Assembly: GCA_965249135.1 (NCBI GenBank)
Contig: OZ252220.1
Span: 1,600,001-1,664,000 of the forward strand
Origin: Alphaproteobacteria bacterium
Lineage (GTDB): Bacteria > Pseudomonadota > Alphaproteobacteria > GCA-2746255
Length of the DNA: 64,000 nucleotides
Direction: 5' to 3'
Part shown: in pieces, positions 47,152 to 59,924 of the stretch
Layout: each line of letters opens with the position of its first letter
How positions within the stretch are numbered: position 1 is the first letter of the stretch
Translations under genes and position numbers: made by a program
The notes under the pieces: model-generated
What the model saw: only the letters and a program-made list of their open reading frames with translations
Told to the model about the DNA's origin: nothing
Databases searched by the model: none

Positions 47152-47412
47152 TCACGGTTTTCGATTTTTCCTTCGGAATTTCTTTCGCCATCGGCGAAAG
47201 GTCGCATAGCTTTCGGGATAGCGTGTTTTGAGGCCCGAGATCTTCCGTCGTACCCAGATGGACTCACCGGCCAGCAGCAGGGTGCCGATGATCAGAAAAA
47301 GGATTCCCTGCAGCACGGGGAGAAAGAGGCCGGCAACACCAACGAGCAGGAAAAAGACGCCAAGGACCCTTCGGATCCAGTGGCCGATCGTATCGTTGAT
47401 GCGGTTCGCCAA
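47152..47412 (-). CDS. small hypothetical membrane protein
   Basis: G..GLFLP.LQG hairpin TM with a basic tail; follows lpdA. Confidence 0.6.
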   Translation of the reverse strand: MANRINDTIGHWIRRVLGVFFLLVGVAGLFLPVLQGILFLIIGTLLLAGESIWVRRKISGLKTRYPESYATFRRWRKKFRRKNRKP

Positions 47413-47421
47413 AGCGATGCG

Positions 47422-48828
47422 CTAAAAATGGATGGGACGGCCTGCGACGGCAAGGGCTGCTTCTTTCACGGCCTCTCCGAAGCCGGGATGCGCATGGCAG
47501 GTTCGTGCGATGTCTTCCGCCGAACTTCCAAACTCGATGGCGAGGCCTGCTTCGGCGATCAATTCGCCCGCCACGGGTCCGACGATGTGCACGCCAAGCA
47601 CGCGATCCGTCGTCTTGTCCGCCAGGATTTTCACCAGCCCGTCCGTGTCCGCGTTTGTTCGTGCCCGGCTGTTCGCCAGGAAGGGAAACTTGCCGACCTT
47701 GTAGGCGATGCCTGCCGCTTTTAACTCTTCTTCCGTCTTGCCGACGGCGGCAATCTCGGGCCAGGTGTAGACGACACCCGGGATCGCGTCGTAGTTCACA
47801 TGCCCGGATTGGCCTGCGATGATCTCGGCAACGGCGATGCCTTCATCTTCTGCCTTGTGGGCCAGCATCACGCCTCGGACGACGTCGCCAATCGCATAGA
47901 TGGTTTTGACGTTCGTCCGGAAGTGGTCGTCGATCTTGACGCACCCCCTTTCGTCCGTCTCGATGCCTGCCGTGTCCAAGCCCAGTCCTTCCGTGTAAGG
48001 CACGCGTCCGATCGAAACGAGGACCACGTCCACCGAAAACGTTTCCGTCTTGCCGCCTTTTGCGGGTTCATAAGCCAAGGCGACGCCTTCTTTCGTGGCT
48101 TTTGCGCCGGTGACCTTCACGCTGAGCTTGAATTCAAGCCCTTGTTTCGTAAGAATTTTTTGTGATTCCTTCGCGAGTTCAGAATCCATCGGTGTCAGGA
48201 TGCGATCCAGAAATTCGAGCACGGTCACATCTGCGCCCAGGCGTCGCCAGACGGAACCCAACTCCAATCCGATGACGCCGGCGCCGATGACGGCGAGGTG
48301 TTTTGGAACCTTCGGAAGCGAAAGCGCGCCGGTCGAGGTGACGATTTGCTTCTCATCGGTTTCAACGCCGGGAAGGGGTGCCGAATCGGAACCGGTGGCG
48401 ATGACGATGTTCGAAGCCTTCAGCTTCTCTTCCTTGCCATCGCTCGTCACGGCCACCGTATCGGGGCTCAAGATGCGGCCGGTGCCATTGAAATGTGTGA
48501 CCTTGTTCTTCTTGAGGAGGAACGCAACGCCTTTCGTCAGGTCATCGACGACCTTTTCCTTTCGCGCCATCATGGAGGGAAGATCAAGTTCGACCTTGTT
48601 CACCTTGATGCCATGGCTCGCAAACTCGTGACCGGCCATTGCGAAATGATGGCTGGAATGCAGCAGCGCCTTCGAGGGAATGCAGCCCACGTTCAGACAG
48701 GTGCCACCCAATGGACCCCGCTTGTCGATGCACGCCGTGTTAAGCCCAAGCTGTGCGGCACGGATAGCGGCGACGTATCCGCCGGGTCCGCCACCGATCA
48801 CAACCACATCGAACTGCTTTTCGCTCAT
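47422..48828 (-). CDS. lpdA: dihydrolipoyl dehydrogenase
   Basis: GGGPGGY, GGTCLNVGCIPSK, HAHP...E. Confidence 0.97.
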   Translation of the reverse strand: MSEKQFDVVVIGGGPGGYVAAIRAAQLGLNTACIDKRGPLGGTCLNVGCIPSKALLHSSHHFAMAGHEFASHGIKVNKVELDLPSMMARKEKVVDDLTKGVAFLLKKNKVTHFNGTGRILSPDTVAVTSDGKEEKLKASNIVIATGSDSAPLPGVETDEKQIVTSTGALSLPKVPKHLAVIGAGVIGLELGSVWRRLGADVTVLEFLDRILTPMDSELAKESQKILTKQGLEFKLSVKVTGAKATKEGVALAYEPAKGGKTETFSVDVVLVSIGRVPYTEGLGLDTAGIETDERGCVKIDDHFRTNVKTIYAIGDVVRGVMLAHKAEDEGIAVAEIIAGQSGHVNYDAIPGVVYTWPEIAAVGKTEEELKAAGIAYKVGKFPFLANSRARTNADTDGLVKILADKTTDRVLGVHIVGPVAGELIAEAGLAIEFGSSAEDIARTCHAHPGFGEAVKEAALAVAGRPIHF

Positions 48829-48864
48829 GGGTGCGTTCCTTGAAGCGTAGGAAGGGAGCTCCGT

Positions 48865-50094
48865 TTAAATATCGAGCAGAATGCGTTTCGGGTCTTCGAT
48901 GCATTCCTTGACACGAACAAGGAAGGTGACCGCCTCACGTCCGTCGATCAGCCGATGGTCATAGGTAAGTGCGAGGTACATCATCGGCCGCACTACGACA
49001 TTGCCGTCGACGGCCATGGGGCGATCCTGGATCTTGTGCATGCCGAGAATGGCGGATTGAGGCGGATTGATGATCGGCGTGGAAAGCAGGGAGCCGAAGA
49101 CGCCACCGTTGGAGATGGTGAAGGTTCCGCCGGTCAGTTCTTCCATGGTGAGCGTACCGTCCCGTGCCTTTGCTCCGTAGTTACCGATTTGTTTTTCGAT
49201 GTCGGCGAAACCGAGGCGATCGGCGTTGCGGACGACCGGCACGACCAGGCCTTGGGGGGAGCTAACGGCGACGCCGATGTCGTAGTGGTTTTTGTAGACG
49301 ATTTCGTCGCCCTCGATCTGGGCATTGACCCCGGGGAGTTCCTTGAGCGCCACGATCGCGGCCTTGATGAAGAAGGACATGTAACCGAGGCGCACGCCGT
49401 ACTTCTTCTCGAAGCTGTCCCGGTATTCCGCACGTGCGGATTTAAGCGCGCCCATGTCCACCTCGTTGAAGGTGGTGAGCATGGCGGCCGTGTTCTGGGC
49501 TTCCTTGAGGCGCTCGGCGACGCGCTTGCGCAGCCGGGACATGCGGACGCGTTCTTCCTCGGGCCCGGCCGATGGCGCGCGGGCTTCGGCCGGCGCGGCT
49601 GGCGCTTGGCCGGCGTCGAGATGGGCAAGCACGTCCCCCTTCGTAAGCCGGCCGTCCTTGCCGGTGCTAGGGATCGCGGAAGCGTCCAGGTGGTTTTCCT
49701 CGACGAGCTTGCGGACGGCGGGCGACAGGGGCGCGCCTTCAGCCTTGGCCGGCTCGGCCGCCTTCGGCGCCGCCGCTTTGGGCGCGCTTTCCGGTGCCTT
49801 GACCGGTTCGGCCGGCTTTGCTTTTTCGGCCGGCTTCGGCGAGGTAGCGCCTCCGTTGCCTTCCTCGATCCGGCCCAGAAGGGCGCCGACCTCGACGTCG
49901 GCGCCGCTTTCCACGACGATTTCGGTGAGCTGGCCGTCGGCCGGGGCAGGCACTTCGAGGGTGACCTTGTCCGTCTCCAGCTCGACAAGCGGCTCGTCTG
50001 CGGAAACCGTGTCGCCCACGGCTTTAAACCACTGTGCCACGGTTGCTTCCGTAACCGATTCACCCAGTTCAGGTACTACGATTTCCTGTGTCAT
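48865..50094 (-). CDS. sucB: 2-oxoglutarate dehydrogenase E2
   Basis: ETDKV lipoyl site, DHRLIDG. Confidence 0.97.
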   Translation of the reverse strand: MTQEIVVPELGESVTEATVAQWFKAVGDTVSADEPLVELETDKVTLEVPAPADGQLTEIVVESGADVEVGALLGRIEEGNGGATSPKPAEKAKPAEPVKAPESAPKAAAPKAAEPAKAEGAPLSPAVRKLVEENHLDASAIPSTGKDGRLTKGDVLAHLDAGQAPAAPAEARAPSAGPEEERVRMSRLRKRVAERLKEAQNTAAMLTTFNEVDMGALKSARAEYRDSFEKKYGVRLGYMSFFIKAAIVALKELPGVNAQIEGDEIVYKNHYDIGVAVSSPQGLVVPVVRNADRLGFADIEKQIGNYGAKARDGTLTMEELTGGTFTISNGGVFGSLLSTPIINPPQSAILGMHKIQDRPMAVDGNVVVRPMMYLALTYDHRLIDGREAVTFLVRVKECIEDPKRILLDI

Positions 50095-50196
50095 TTCTTC
50101 CTCGGAACTTCCTACCCGTACCGGCCCAACCTACCCATGGGGGAGCGGTCTGAATTTGAGATTGAAGGGAGGCTTCCTGCACGCCCGGACCTTTCG

Positions 50197-53040
50197 TTAT
50201 GCATGCGTCAATGCTTCGTCCACGAGTTCCGCCTGCTCTTGATTGTGCGTACGCAACAGGCCCGTTGCTGGCGAGGCGGCTTCCTTACGTCCGACATAGT
50301 TTGCTCGCGCCGTTTTATGTTTCATCTCGACCAGCACGTCTTCGAGGCGGCGATCGAGGAAAGTCCAGGCTCCCATGTTCTTCGGCTCTTCCTGGCACCA
50401 AACCACATCGGCGTTCGGATATTTTTTCAACTCATCGGTGATGGTGTCTGCCGCGAATGGATAAAGTTGTTCGAGCCTGAGAAGGACGATGTCCTGGATT
50501 CCGCGCTTTTCCCGTTCCTCTTCGAGATCGTAATAGACCTTGCCCGTGCAGAAGACGACCCGCTTCACCTTGTTTCCGGCGACCAACTTCGCGGTGTCGA
50601 TCAGCACGCGGTGAAACGTCGAATCGGGGCCCATGTCTGCCAGCGTGGAGACGGCCTTCTTGTGACGCAGCAGCAATTTTGGCGTCATGATGACGAGAGG
50701 CTTTCGGAAATTCCGGTGGATCTGTTGCCTCAGGATATGGAAATAGTTTGCCGGCGTCGTGCAGTTCGCAACCTGGAGGTTGTCCTCGGCGCAAAGCTGG
50801 AGGTAACGCTCGAGACGGGCGGAAGAATGTTCCGGCCCCTGGCCTTCGAAGCCGTGCGGCAGAAGCATGACGAGACCGGACATCCGCATCCATTTGCTTT
50901 CGGCGGAGGCGATGAACTGGTCGATGACGACCTGGGCGCCGTTTGCGAAGTCACCGAACTGGGCTTCCCAAAGAACAAGCGTGTTCGGCTCGGTCATCGT
51001 GTAGCCGTATTCAAACCCGAGCACGCCGGCTTCCGATAAGGGGCTGTCGAGCACCTCGAAGGCCGCCTGGCCATCCTTCAGGTGATCGAGTGGGTAGTAT
51101 TTTGCTTCCGTATCCTGGTCGACGAACGCCGCATGGCGATGGGAGAAGGTGCCGCGGGTGCAATCCTGGCCGCTCAGCCGCACCGGCATGCCTTCACACA
51201 GAAGCGACCCGAAGGCGAGCGCCTCCGCCGTCCCCCAGTCGATGCCCTCGCCGCTTTCGAACATCTTCTGCTTCGCTTTCAACTGGCGGAGGATCTTCCG
51301 GTTTACGTTGATCTCTTCCGGAGCGGACGCCAGCACCTCGCCGATCTCACGGAGCGTCTTCAGCGGCACGCCCGTCTCGCCGCGGCGCTTGCCGTCCGTC
51401 GCAAGACCAAGGCCCATCCAGGCCCCTTCCAGCCAGTCCGCCTTGTTCGGCTTGTAGTGCCGGGCCGCCTCGAAGTCCGCATCGAGGCCCTTCATGCAGG
51501 AATCGTAAATGCCTTGCGCCTCTTCCTCCGTGAGTTCGCCTTCGGCAGCCAGTTTTTTCGCATAGATTTCACGGGTCGTCGGGTGACCGGCAATCGCCTT
51601 GTACATCAAAGGCTGGGTAAAGGCCGGTTCGTCGCCTTCGTTATGGCCGAAGCGGCGGTAGCAGAACATGTCGATGATGACGTCCTTGTGGAATTTCTGC
51701 CGAAACTCCGTGGCGATCTTGGCGACGTGGACGACGGCCTCCGGGTCGTCGCCGTTCACATGAAGAATTGGCGCCTGGATTCCTTTCGCGATGTCGGAAG
51801 GATATGGCGTGCCGCGGGAGAATTTCGGAGAGGTCGTGAATCCGATCTGGTTGTTGATGATGAAATGAATGGTGCCACCGCAGCGATAACCTTGGATGTC
51901 GCCAAGCTCGAGGCTTTCCGGCACCAATCCCTGGCCGGCGAAGGCCGCGTCGCCATGCATGAGGATACTGAGGACCTGATCGCGTTCCTCGTTTCCGCGC
52001 TGGGCCTGTTTGGCGCGCGTCTTTCCCAACACCACCGGGTCGACGATCTCGAGGTGGGAGGGGTTGGCGGTGAGCGACAGGTGGACGTTTTGTTCGTCGA
52101 ACTCCCGATCGGCGGAGGCGCCGAGGTGGTACTTCACGTCGCCGGATCCTTGAAAATCGTCCGTTTGGGCGGGATTTCCCTGGAATTCCGAGACGATCGC
52201 CGCGAAGGGCTTCTTCATGACGTTCGCCAGCACGTTCAGCCGCCCGCGGTGGGACATGCCGAGGACGACCTCTTGGACGCCGAGCTGGCTTCCCCGCTTC
52301 AGCACCTGTTCGACGGCCGGGATCAGGCTTTCGCCGCCATCCAGTCCGAACCGCTTCGTGCCCGGATGCTTCACGTGGAGCAATTGTTCGAAGGCTTCTG
52401 CCTCCGACAGGCGTTCGAGGATCGCCCGCTTGCCGTGCGAAGTGAAGGCCGGCTGATTGCGCCCGTTCTCCACCCGCAGCTGGAGCCAGGCCTTCTGGTC
52501 AGGATCCTGCATATGCATGAATTCGACCCCGATATTTCCGCAATAGGTCTGATGCAGGGCATCGAGAATTTCGCGCATCGTTGCCTTTTCCATGCCGAGC
52601 ACGTTGTCGATAAAGATCGGACGGTCGTAATCCTCTTCCGTAAAGCCATAGGATTTCGGATCGAGCTCAGGATGGTACTTTTCCCGATGAAGGCCGAGAG
52701 GGTCGAAATTCGCAATCAGATGACCACGCACCCGATAGGCGCGGATCATCATCAGCGCCCGGATGCTGTCGAGGGTGGCGGCGTGGACCTCGCCCTCGGC
52801 GGCCGGGGCCAAGTCGGCCTTCGGCGTGGCTTCTTCTTCGCCAAATTCGAGTGGCCGTTTTGGCGCCCAGCTTGCACCGCTGAGATCGCTTACCGAAACC
52901 CCGTCCCGGATCTCGGCAAAGAAGGGCTGCCAGCTTGGGTCAACGGAACCGGGACTTTCCAGGTACCGACGGAAAAGCTCCTCGACGAAGGCGGCATTGG
53001 CGCCGGAGAGGAAGGTGGGTTCGATGGGGCGGTTCGCCAT
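50197..53040 (-). CDS. sucA: 2-oxoglutarate dehydrogenase E1
   Basis: GDVKYHLG, HGDAAFAGQG, WEAQFGDF. Confidence 0.98.
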   Translation of the reverse strand: MANRPIEPTFLSGANAAFVEELFRRYLESPGSVDPSWQPFFAEIRDGVSVSDLSGASWAPKRPLEFGEEEATPKADLAPAAEGEVHAATLDSIRALMMIRAYRVRGHLIANFDPLGLHREKYHPELDPKSYGFTEEDYDRPIFIDNVLGMEKATMREILDALHQTYCGNIGVEFMHMQDPDQKAWLQLRVENGRNQPAFTSHGKRAILERLSEAEAFEQLLHVKHPGTKRFGLDGGESLIPAVEQVLKRGSQLGVQEVVLGMSHRGRLNVLANVMKKPFAAIVSEFQGNPAQTDDFQGSGDVKYHLGASADREFDEQNVHLSLTANPSHLEIVDPVVLGKTRAKQAQRGNEERDQVLSILMHGDAAFAGQGLVPESLELGDIQGYRCGGTIHFIINNQIGFTTSPKFSRGTPYPSDIAKGIQAPILHVNGDDPEAVVHVAKIATEFRQKFHKDVIIDMFCYRRFGHNEGDEPAFTQPLMYKAIAGHPTTREIYAKKLAAEGELTEEEAQGIYDSCMKGLDADFEAARHYKPNKADWLEGAWMGLGLATDGKRRGETGVPLKTLREIGEVLASAPEEINVNRKILRQLKAKQKMFESGEGIDWGTAEALAFGSLLCEGMPVRLSGQDCTRGTFSHRHAAFVDQDTEAKYYPLDHLKDGQAAFEVLDSPLSEAGVLGFEYGYTMTEPNTLVLWEAQFGDFANGAQVVIDQFIASAESKWMRMSGLVMLLPHGFEGQGPEHSSARLERYLQLCAEDNLQVANCTTPANYFHILRQQIHRNFRKPLVIMTPKLLLRHKKAVSTLADMGPDSTFHRVLIDTAKLVAGNKVKRVVFCTGKVYYDLEEEREKRGIQDIVLLRLEQLYPFAADTITDELKKYPNADVVWCQEEPKNMGAWTFLDRRLEDVLVEMKHKTARANYVGRKEAASPATGLLRTHNQEQAELVDEALTHA

Positions 53041-53121
53041 GATCGGGAAAGATACCGGTGGTCCAGCATCTTCTGATAGTTAAGTTTGGTTAACGTTTTG
53101 CTAACTATATGAGACGGCAGA

Positions 53122-53997
53122 TTATTTCTTCAATGCCTTCAGCATCGTCTGGCCAATTTCGGCCGGCGATTCGGTGACGTGAATGCCGGCGCTTCGAAAG
53201 GCCTCGATCTTGTCATTCGCGGTGCCTTTGCCTCCGGAGATGATGGCGCCGGCATGACCCATGCGCTTGCCCGGCGGGGCGGTGACCCCGGCGATGAAGC
53301 CGACGACCGGCTTTTTCCGCTTGTCGGCCTTGAGAAAGGCGGCCGCGTCCTCTTCCGCCGTCCCGCCGATTTCACCGATCATGACGATGCCCTCCGTCTC
53401 CGGATCATCGAGAAACAGCTCGAGACAATCGATGAAATTGGTGCCGTTGACCGGGTCGCCGCCGGTCCCGATGCAGGTCGTCTGGCCGAGGCCTGTCGCC
53501 GTCGTCTGGGCGACGGCCTCGTAAGTGAGCGTGCCCGAGCGTGAGACGACGCCGATCCGCCCACGCTTGTGTATGTGGCCGGGCATGATGCCGATCTTGC
53601 ACTCGTCCGGCGTGATGATGCCAGGGCAGTTGGGGCCGATGAGGCGGGTCTTCGAATCGGCAAGGGTGCGCTTTACACGCACCATGTCGAGGACGGGAAT
53701 CCCTTCCGTGATGCAGACGGCGAGCGCGATGCCCGCGTCGATCGCTTCGAGGATCGCGTCCGCCGCAAAGGGCGGCGGGACATAGATGGCGGATGCATCT
53801 GCGCCGGTGGCGGCGGCAGCCTCGCCGACGGTGTCGAAGACCGGAAGGTCGAGGTGTTTCGTGCCGCCCTTGTTCGGGGTTACGCCGCCGACCATTTTCG
53901 TGCCGTAGGCAATGGCCTGTTCGGAATGGAACGTGCCCTGAGAGCCGGTGAAGCCTTGACAAATGACCTTCGTGTTCTGGTCAACAAGAACCGCCAT
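53122..53997 (-). CDS. sucD: succinyl-CoA synthetase alpha subunit
   Basis: GPNCPG, RMGHAGA. Confidence 0.98.
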   Translation of the reverse strand: MAVLVDQNTKVICQGFTGSQGTFHSEQAIAYGTKMVGGVTPNKGGTKHLDLPVFDTVGEAAAATGADASAIYVPPPFAADAILEAIDAGIALAVCITEGIPVLDMVRVKRTLADSKTRLIGPNCPGIITPDECKIGIMPGHIHKRGRIGVVSRSGTLTYEAVAQTTATGLGQTTCIGTGGDPVNGTNFIDCLELFLDDPETEGIVMIGEIGGTAEEDAAAFLKADKRKKPVVGFIAGVTAPPGKRMGHAGAIISGGKGTANDKIEAFRSAGIHVTESPAEIGQTMLKALKK

Positions 53998-55166
53998 CAG
54001 CCCGCCTCTTTCACTGCCTGGACAATTTTCTTGGCCGCATCTCCGAGGTCATCCGCCGAATCGATCGGCAATCCGGAACGCTCAAGAATTTCTTTGCCAA
54101 GATCGACGTTCGTGCCTTCGAGGCGAACCACGAGCGGCACATTCAGACTCACCTCGCGCGCCGCGGCGACGACGCCTTCGGCAATGACGTCACAACGCAT
54201 GATGCCGCCGAAGATATTGACAAGAATGCCTTCGACGTTTGGGTCCGAAAGAATGAGTTTGAAAGCGGTCGTGACACGTTCGCGCGTTGCGCCGCCACCG
54301 ACGTCGAGGAAGTTCGCCGGCGCGCCGCCATGGAGCTTGATGATGTCCATCGTCGCCATGGCGAGGCCTGCGCCATTCACCATGCAGCCGACACTACCGT
54401 CGAGCTTGATGTAATTCAGATTGTGGCGGGCGGCTTCGACTTCGGAAGGGTCTTCTTCATGTTCGTCACGCAGCTCTTCGATGTCCCTATGACGAAAGAG
54501 CGCGTTGTCATCGAAATTCATCTTCGCATCGAGGGCCATCACTTCTCCGGCACTCGTCACGACCAGCGGGTTGATCTCGATGAGGCTTACGTCGAGTTCC
54601 GTGAACGCCTTGTACACGGAAAGAATGAATTTTTGCGCGGAGCTTACTTGCTTGTCGCGAAGGCCGAGGCCAAAGGCAAGGTTGCGCGCATGGTAGGGCT
54701 GAATGCCCGTCACCGGATCGATCGACACCTTGTGAATCTTCTCCGGCATCTTTGCCGCGACCTCTTCGATATCCATGCCCCCTTCGGTGGAGGCCATGAT
54801 CGTGAGTTGTCCCTTCACGCGGTCGACCAGCATGCCGAGATAGAGTTCCCGGGCAATGTCGCACCCTTCCTCGATATAGACGCGTTTGACTTCCTTGCCT
54901 TCCGGGCCGGTCTGGTGGGTGACCAGGTTCATGCCCAGCATCTTCTTGGCCGCCTCCATGACCTCTTTTTCGGATTTGACGACCTTGATGCCGCCGCCCT
55001 TGCCGCGCCCGCCGGCATGGATCTGGGCCTTGACGACCCAGACCGGTCCGCCAAGCTCATGGGCGACGGTCTCCGCCTCCTGGGGCGTATAGGCGATGCC
55101 GCCGCTTGGCATGGCAACGCCATAGCGTGCAAGCAAGCCCTTCGCCTGATATTCGTGAATGTTCAT
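53997..55166 (-). CDS. sucC: succinyl-CoA synthetase beta subunit
   Basis: [24 protein letters not shown]. Confidence 0.98.
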   Translation of the reverse strand: MNIHEYQAKGLLARYGVAMPSGGIAYTPQEAETVAHELGGPVWVVKAQIHAGGRGKGGGIKVVKSEKEVMEAAKKMLGMNLVTHQTGPEGKEVKRVYIEEGCDIARELYLGMLVDRVKGQLTIMASTEGGMDIEEVAAKMPEKIHKVSIDPVTGIQPYHARNLAFGLGLRDKQVSSAQKFILSVYKAFTELDVSLIEINPLVVTSAGEVMALDAKMNFDDNALFRHRDIEELRDEHEEDPSEVEAARHNLNYIKLDGSVGCMVNGAGLAMATMDIIKLHGGAPANFLDVGGGATRERVTTAFKLILSDPNVEGILVNIFGGIMRCDVIAEGVVAAAREVSLNVPLVVRLEGTNVDLGKEILERSGLPIDSADDLGDAAKKIVQAVKEAG

Positions 55167-55373
55167 CCCGCTTACCACTTAAGACACGCGTGGTTACTTA
55201 CCGATTAAGACGCGCGGTGTGCCCCGGCCGGGGGCGGAGGAGGAAACCAAGGAGGGGCCGAGAGACGTGGAAAACGTCCCTCGACCCCACTTGGCTGGCA
55301 CCACCTCAGGCAGTCGCTGCCTCAGACAGTCGCCACATGCGTTTCGGCAGGAAAACCCGCCAAGACCGTAAGG

Positions 55374-56573
<1,200 letters not shown>

Positions 56574-56674
56574 TTACAATGTTGGGATTAGCGCGAACTG
56601 CAAATTTCTGCAAGCATTTGTGCAAGCATTCGTGAAATTCATTTCAAATTTATTTATGGGGATTGTCGTCAATA

Positions 56675-57508
56675 TTACGAATCGAGATCGAGTCCGACGT
56701 CGATTGCAGGTGCAGAATGCGTAATTTTTCCGACAGAAATAAAGTCGACTCCGGTTTCCGCGATTTCGCGAATCGTCTCGAGTGAAATGTTTCCGGAAGC
56801 CTCCAATTTCACTTGGCCGGAAACGCTGGAAACCGCGGTATGCAAGGCTTTCAGGCTCATGTTGTCGAGCAGCAAAATGTCGGCACCAGCCGCTATTGCT
56901 TCGCTTACTTGATCCATGTTTTCGCACTCGATTTCGATCGGAGTAAGCCCCGCATCCTTGGCACGGCGCACCGCTTCTGCGAGCCCGCCGGCGACGGCAA
57001 GGTGGTTGTCCTTGATCAGGACCCCATTGGCGAGGTCCAGGCGGTGATTTTGAGCACCACCGAGGCCAGAGGCGTATTTTTCGAGCCTGCGGAGGCCAGG
57101 AAGCGTCTTCCGGGTATCGCGAAGAACGGCGCGCGTGCCTTCGATTCGCTTCACATACGCACGGGTGAGCGTGGCGATTCCGGAAAGGTGCTGAACGACG
57201 TTGAGGGCGGCCCGTTCCGCGGCAAGTAGCCCACGCGCGTCCCCTTGAAGACGGGCAAGCACGGTCCCGGTTGCGACTTCTTCTCCCTCTTTGATGGGAA
57301 CGTTGATCTTCGCTTCGGGGGTCATTCGACGGACAATCGCAACCGCGATAAGAAGGCCCGCAATGACGGCGGATTGGCGGGTCACCATCCTTAAGCTCAG
57401 CTCCGTTCCTTCCGGAACGATCGTGCGGCTCGTCACGTCGTCAAAGGCGGCATCCTCGCTGAGCGCGCGGTCGGCAATTTCTTCGATTTCCCGGTCGGTC
57501 AGATGCAT
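56675..57508 (-). CDS. nadC: quinolinate phosphoribosyltransferase
   Basis: DTRKT.PG, HRLDL, KDNH, LLDN, EASG. Confidence 0.96.
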   Translation of the reverse strand: MHLTDREIEEIADRALSEDAAFDDVTSRTIVPEGTELSLRMVTRQSAVIAGLLIAVAIVRRMTPEAKINVPIKEGEEVATGTVLARLQGDARGLLAAERAALNVVQHLSGIATLTRAYVKRIEGTRAVLRDTRKTLPGLRRLEKYASGLGGAQNHRLDLANGVLIKDNHLAVAGGLAEAVRRAKDAGLTPIEIECENMDQVSEAIAAGADILLLDNMSLKALHTAVSSVSGQVKLEASGNISLETIREIAETGVDFISVGKITHSAPAIDVGLDLDS

Positions 57509-57528
57509 CGGGGGCCGAACGGCAGGAC

Positions 57529-58557
57529 TTAGCCGGCCGCGCGGAGCTTTGCCGGCTCGGGCAGGAGGGACATTTCGAGCATCCGCTCGATAGGCCTTAG
57601 GGCGGCGAGGCGAAGGTCGTCGTCAATTTTCACGGCTGGCGCCAGGTTCACGAGCGCCAGATAGAGTTTTTCCATCGTGTTCAGCGCCATGAACGGACAG
57701 GTCGAACAGGAGCAGGCTTCGTCCATGCCGGGAGCCGGGAGGAACCGTTTGTTGGGCGCGAGCTTCTGCATTTGATGGATGATGCCGGGTTCCGTCGCGA
57801 TGATGAATTCCTGGTCCGGCGAATCGAGGACGAAACGGATGAGGGAGGACGTGGAACCCACGTGATCCGCGTGATTGAGGATCGCTTCGGGACATTCCGG
57901 GTGGGCCGCGACCACTGCCTTCGCATGCCGGATTTTCAGCCGTACAAGCTCGCGCTCGGAGAACTGTTCGTGGACGATGCAGGTGCCCGGCCAGAGCAGC
58001 AGATCGCGGCCGGTCTTGCGACCGAGATAGGCCCCGAGGTGGCGGTCCGGCGCGAAAAGAATCGGCTGGTCTTCCGGCAATTGGCGGATGATGGCTTCGG
58101 CATTCGAAGAAGTGACGATGATATCGGAAAGCGCCTTCACCTCGGCGGAACAGTTGATATAGGTCAGCGCCATGTGGTCCGGATGGGCTTCCCGGAACGT
58201 GCGGAAGAGGTCCGGCGGGCAAGAGGATTCGAGTGAACAGCCGGCTTCCGCATCCGGCAACAGCACGCGCCGTCCGGGGCTCAGGATCTTGGCGGTCTCG
58301 GCCATGAAGCGCACCCCGCAGAACACGATCACGTCCGCATCCGTCTCGGCGGCGCGGCGCGACAGATCAAGGCTGTCGCCCACGAAGTCGGCGATGTCCT
58401 GAATCTCGGGCTCCTGGTAGTAGTGGGCCAGGATGACGGCATTCCGTTGGCGGCGCAGAAGGTTGATCTCCGCCTCAAGATCGAGGCCGGGATCGAGGCC
58501 CCCTGCCGTTGGCGCGCCAGGTGCCGGAAGCACGATGTTGTTGATCATTTTTCCCAC
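57529..58557 (-). CDS. nadA: quinolinate synthase
   Basis: LAHYYQ, GDSL, GCSL, CIVH, HPEC, CPFM. Confidence 0.96.
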   Translation of the reverse strand: MGKMINNIVLPAPGAPTAGGLDPGLDLEAEINLLRRQRNAVILAHYYQEPEIQDIADFVGDSLDLSRRAAETDADVIVFCGVRFMAETAKILSPGRRVLLPDAEAGCSLESSCPPDLFRTFREAHPDHMALTYINCSAEVKALSDIIVTSSNAEAIIRQLPEDQPILFAPDRHLGAYLGRKTGRDLLLWPGTCIVHEQFSERELVRLKIRHAKAVVAAHPECPEAILNHADHVGSTSSLIRFVLDSPDQEFIIATEPGIIHQMQKLAPNKRFLPAPGMDEACSCSTCPFMALNTMEKLYLALVNLAPAVKIDDDLRLAALRPIERMLEMSLLPEPAKLRAAG

Positions 58558-58661
58558 TGCCGGAATGTCCCGGCCGCAAGCCCATACCCTAAAAGGCGAC
58601 TCATAAAGCGTTCGTAAAGGTTGTCCATGCCGGCTTTGCCTTTGGTGCCTTCGTCCTTAAC

Positions 58662-59903
58662 CTAGGAAGGTGGCGTCCGCGTTTCACTATTTTTCAGGAG
58701 ATTGCCGGTTTCTGCAAGGTTTTCCAAGGCGTTCGCCGCGCCTTCCTCTTCCGGGGGCGCGTCGGAAAGCACGAGATGGGCCTTTGCGAAATAGGCCTCC
58801 GATTGCATCTCCAGCAGCCGGGAAGCGGTTCTTCGAAATTCGAAGGCCCCATCGCCAGAGTCGTAAAGCGCTTCCGGCGGGGCTTCCGCACTCGCGATGA
58901 GCTTCACCTTGTGCTCGTAGAGGGCGTCGATAAGGGTGACGAAGCGCTTCGCTTCGTTTCGCTTTTCCGGGCCAAGGCGCGGGATCCGGTCGAGGATGAC
59001 GGTGTGGAACTGGTTGGCGATCTCGAGGTAGTCGGCAGCCCCCAGGGGCCGTTCGCAAAGCTCGGCGAAGGAGAGGTGGGCAACCCCGCGGGCGGCCCTC
59101 AGGACGGCAAGCTTGCGGCCGTGAACGAGAAGCGAGCAGGATTTTGGCGGGCTTCCCATCGTCAGGCGCTCAAACGCACGATCAAGGGCGGCTTCCGCCC
59201 CGTCATCCGTTCGGTAGGCGCTTAAATCCCGAAGCAATTGCAGTCGGTAATCCAGGCTACCGGCAAGCTCGTGGACGTGGAGCTTCTCCTTCATGAGTTC
59301 GATGAAGGGAAGGAAACTCTCCCGCTGGAGCCCGTCCTTGTAGAGATCGTCCGGCGGGCGGTTTGAGGCGACGACGACGACGACGTCTTCCTTGAAAAGC
59401 GCTTCGAACAGGCGGCCTAAGATCATGGCATCCGCGATGTCGAGGACCTGCAACTCGTCGAAACAGAGAAGCCATGCCTCGCGGGCCATCCCTGCCGCGA
59501 CGAAAGGCAGTGGATCCTTTGCCTTGCGATCGGCTGCCCTACTTTGCCGCCATTCATGAAGACGCTCATGGGCTTCCAGCATGAATTCATGAAAGTGCAC
59601 GCGGCGTTTGCGGCGCACCGGCGCGTGTTCGAAGAAAAGGTCCATCAGCATCGATTTTCCACGCCCGACATCCCCATAGAGATAGACTCCCTTCGGCGGC
59701 GCCGGCTCACGCCCGACCGGCATGAGCCGGCGCCGCCAGTCGTGCAAGGCCCGACGCGGACGGTAGTGGCTAAGCGCATCGTGGAGCGTGTCGAAATGAT
59801 GGAGAGTGGCAAGTTGCGCCGGGTCCGGCGTGATCTCGCCGGCCTTCGTCTGATGGTGGTAGGCGGCAAGCGGCCCGGCCTTCATCTTGAGGAAGCCTCG
59901 CAT
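58662..59903 (-). CDS. zapE: cell division ATPase ZapE (AFG1 family)
   Basis: GDVGRGKS, HFHEFM, CFDELQV, FRRTASRL.EMQ. Confidence 0.93.
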   Translation of the reverse strand: MRGFLKMKAGPLAAYHHQTKAGEITPDPAQLATLHHFDTLHDALSHYRPRRALHDWRRRLMPVGREPAPPKGVYLYGDVGRGKSMLMDLFFEHAPVRRKRRVHFHEFMLEAHERLHEWRQSRAADRKAKDPLPFVAAGMAREAWLLCFDELQVLDIADAMILGRLFEALFKEDVVVVVASNRPPDDLYKDGLQRESFLPFIELMKEKLHVHELAGSLDYRLQLLRDLSAYRTDDGAEAALDRAFERLTMGSPPKSCSLLVHGRKLAVLRAARGVAHLSFAELCERPLGAADYLEIANQFHTVILDRIPRLGPEKRNEAKRFVTLIDALYEHKVKLIASAEAPPEALYDSGDGAFEFRRTASRLLEMQSEAYFAKAHLVLSDAPPEEEGAANALENLAETGNLLKNSETRTPPS

Positions 59904-59924
59904 TGTAACTCGCAGGAGGGGATC

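Noticed and set aside
48955-53076. Long plus-strand ORFs (694 and 664 aa) and similar antisense ORFs elsewhere
   Set aside because: Shadow frames of well-supported genes in GC-rich DNA, with no motifs.
58570-58620. NadQ/NrtR operator upstream of nadA
   Set aside because: ATACCC...CTCATAA is not a convincing palindrome.
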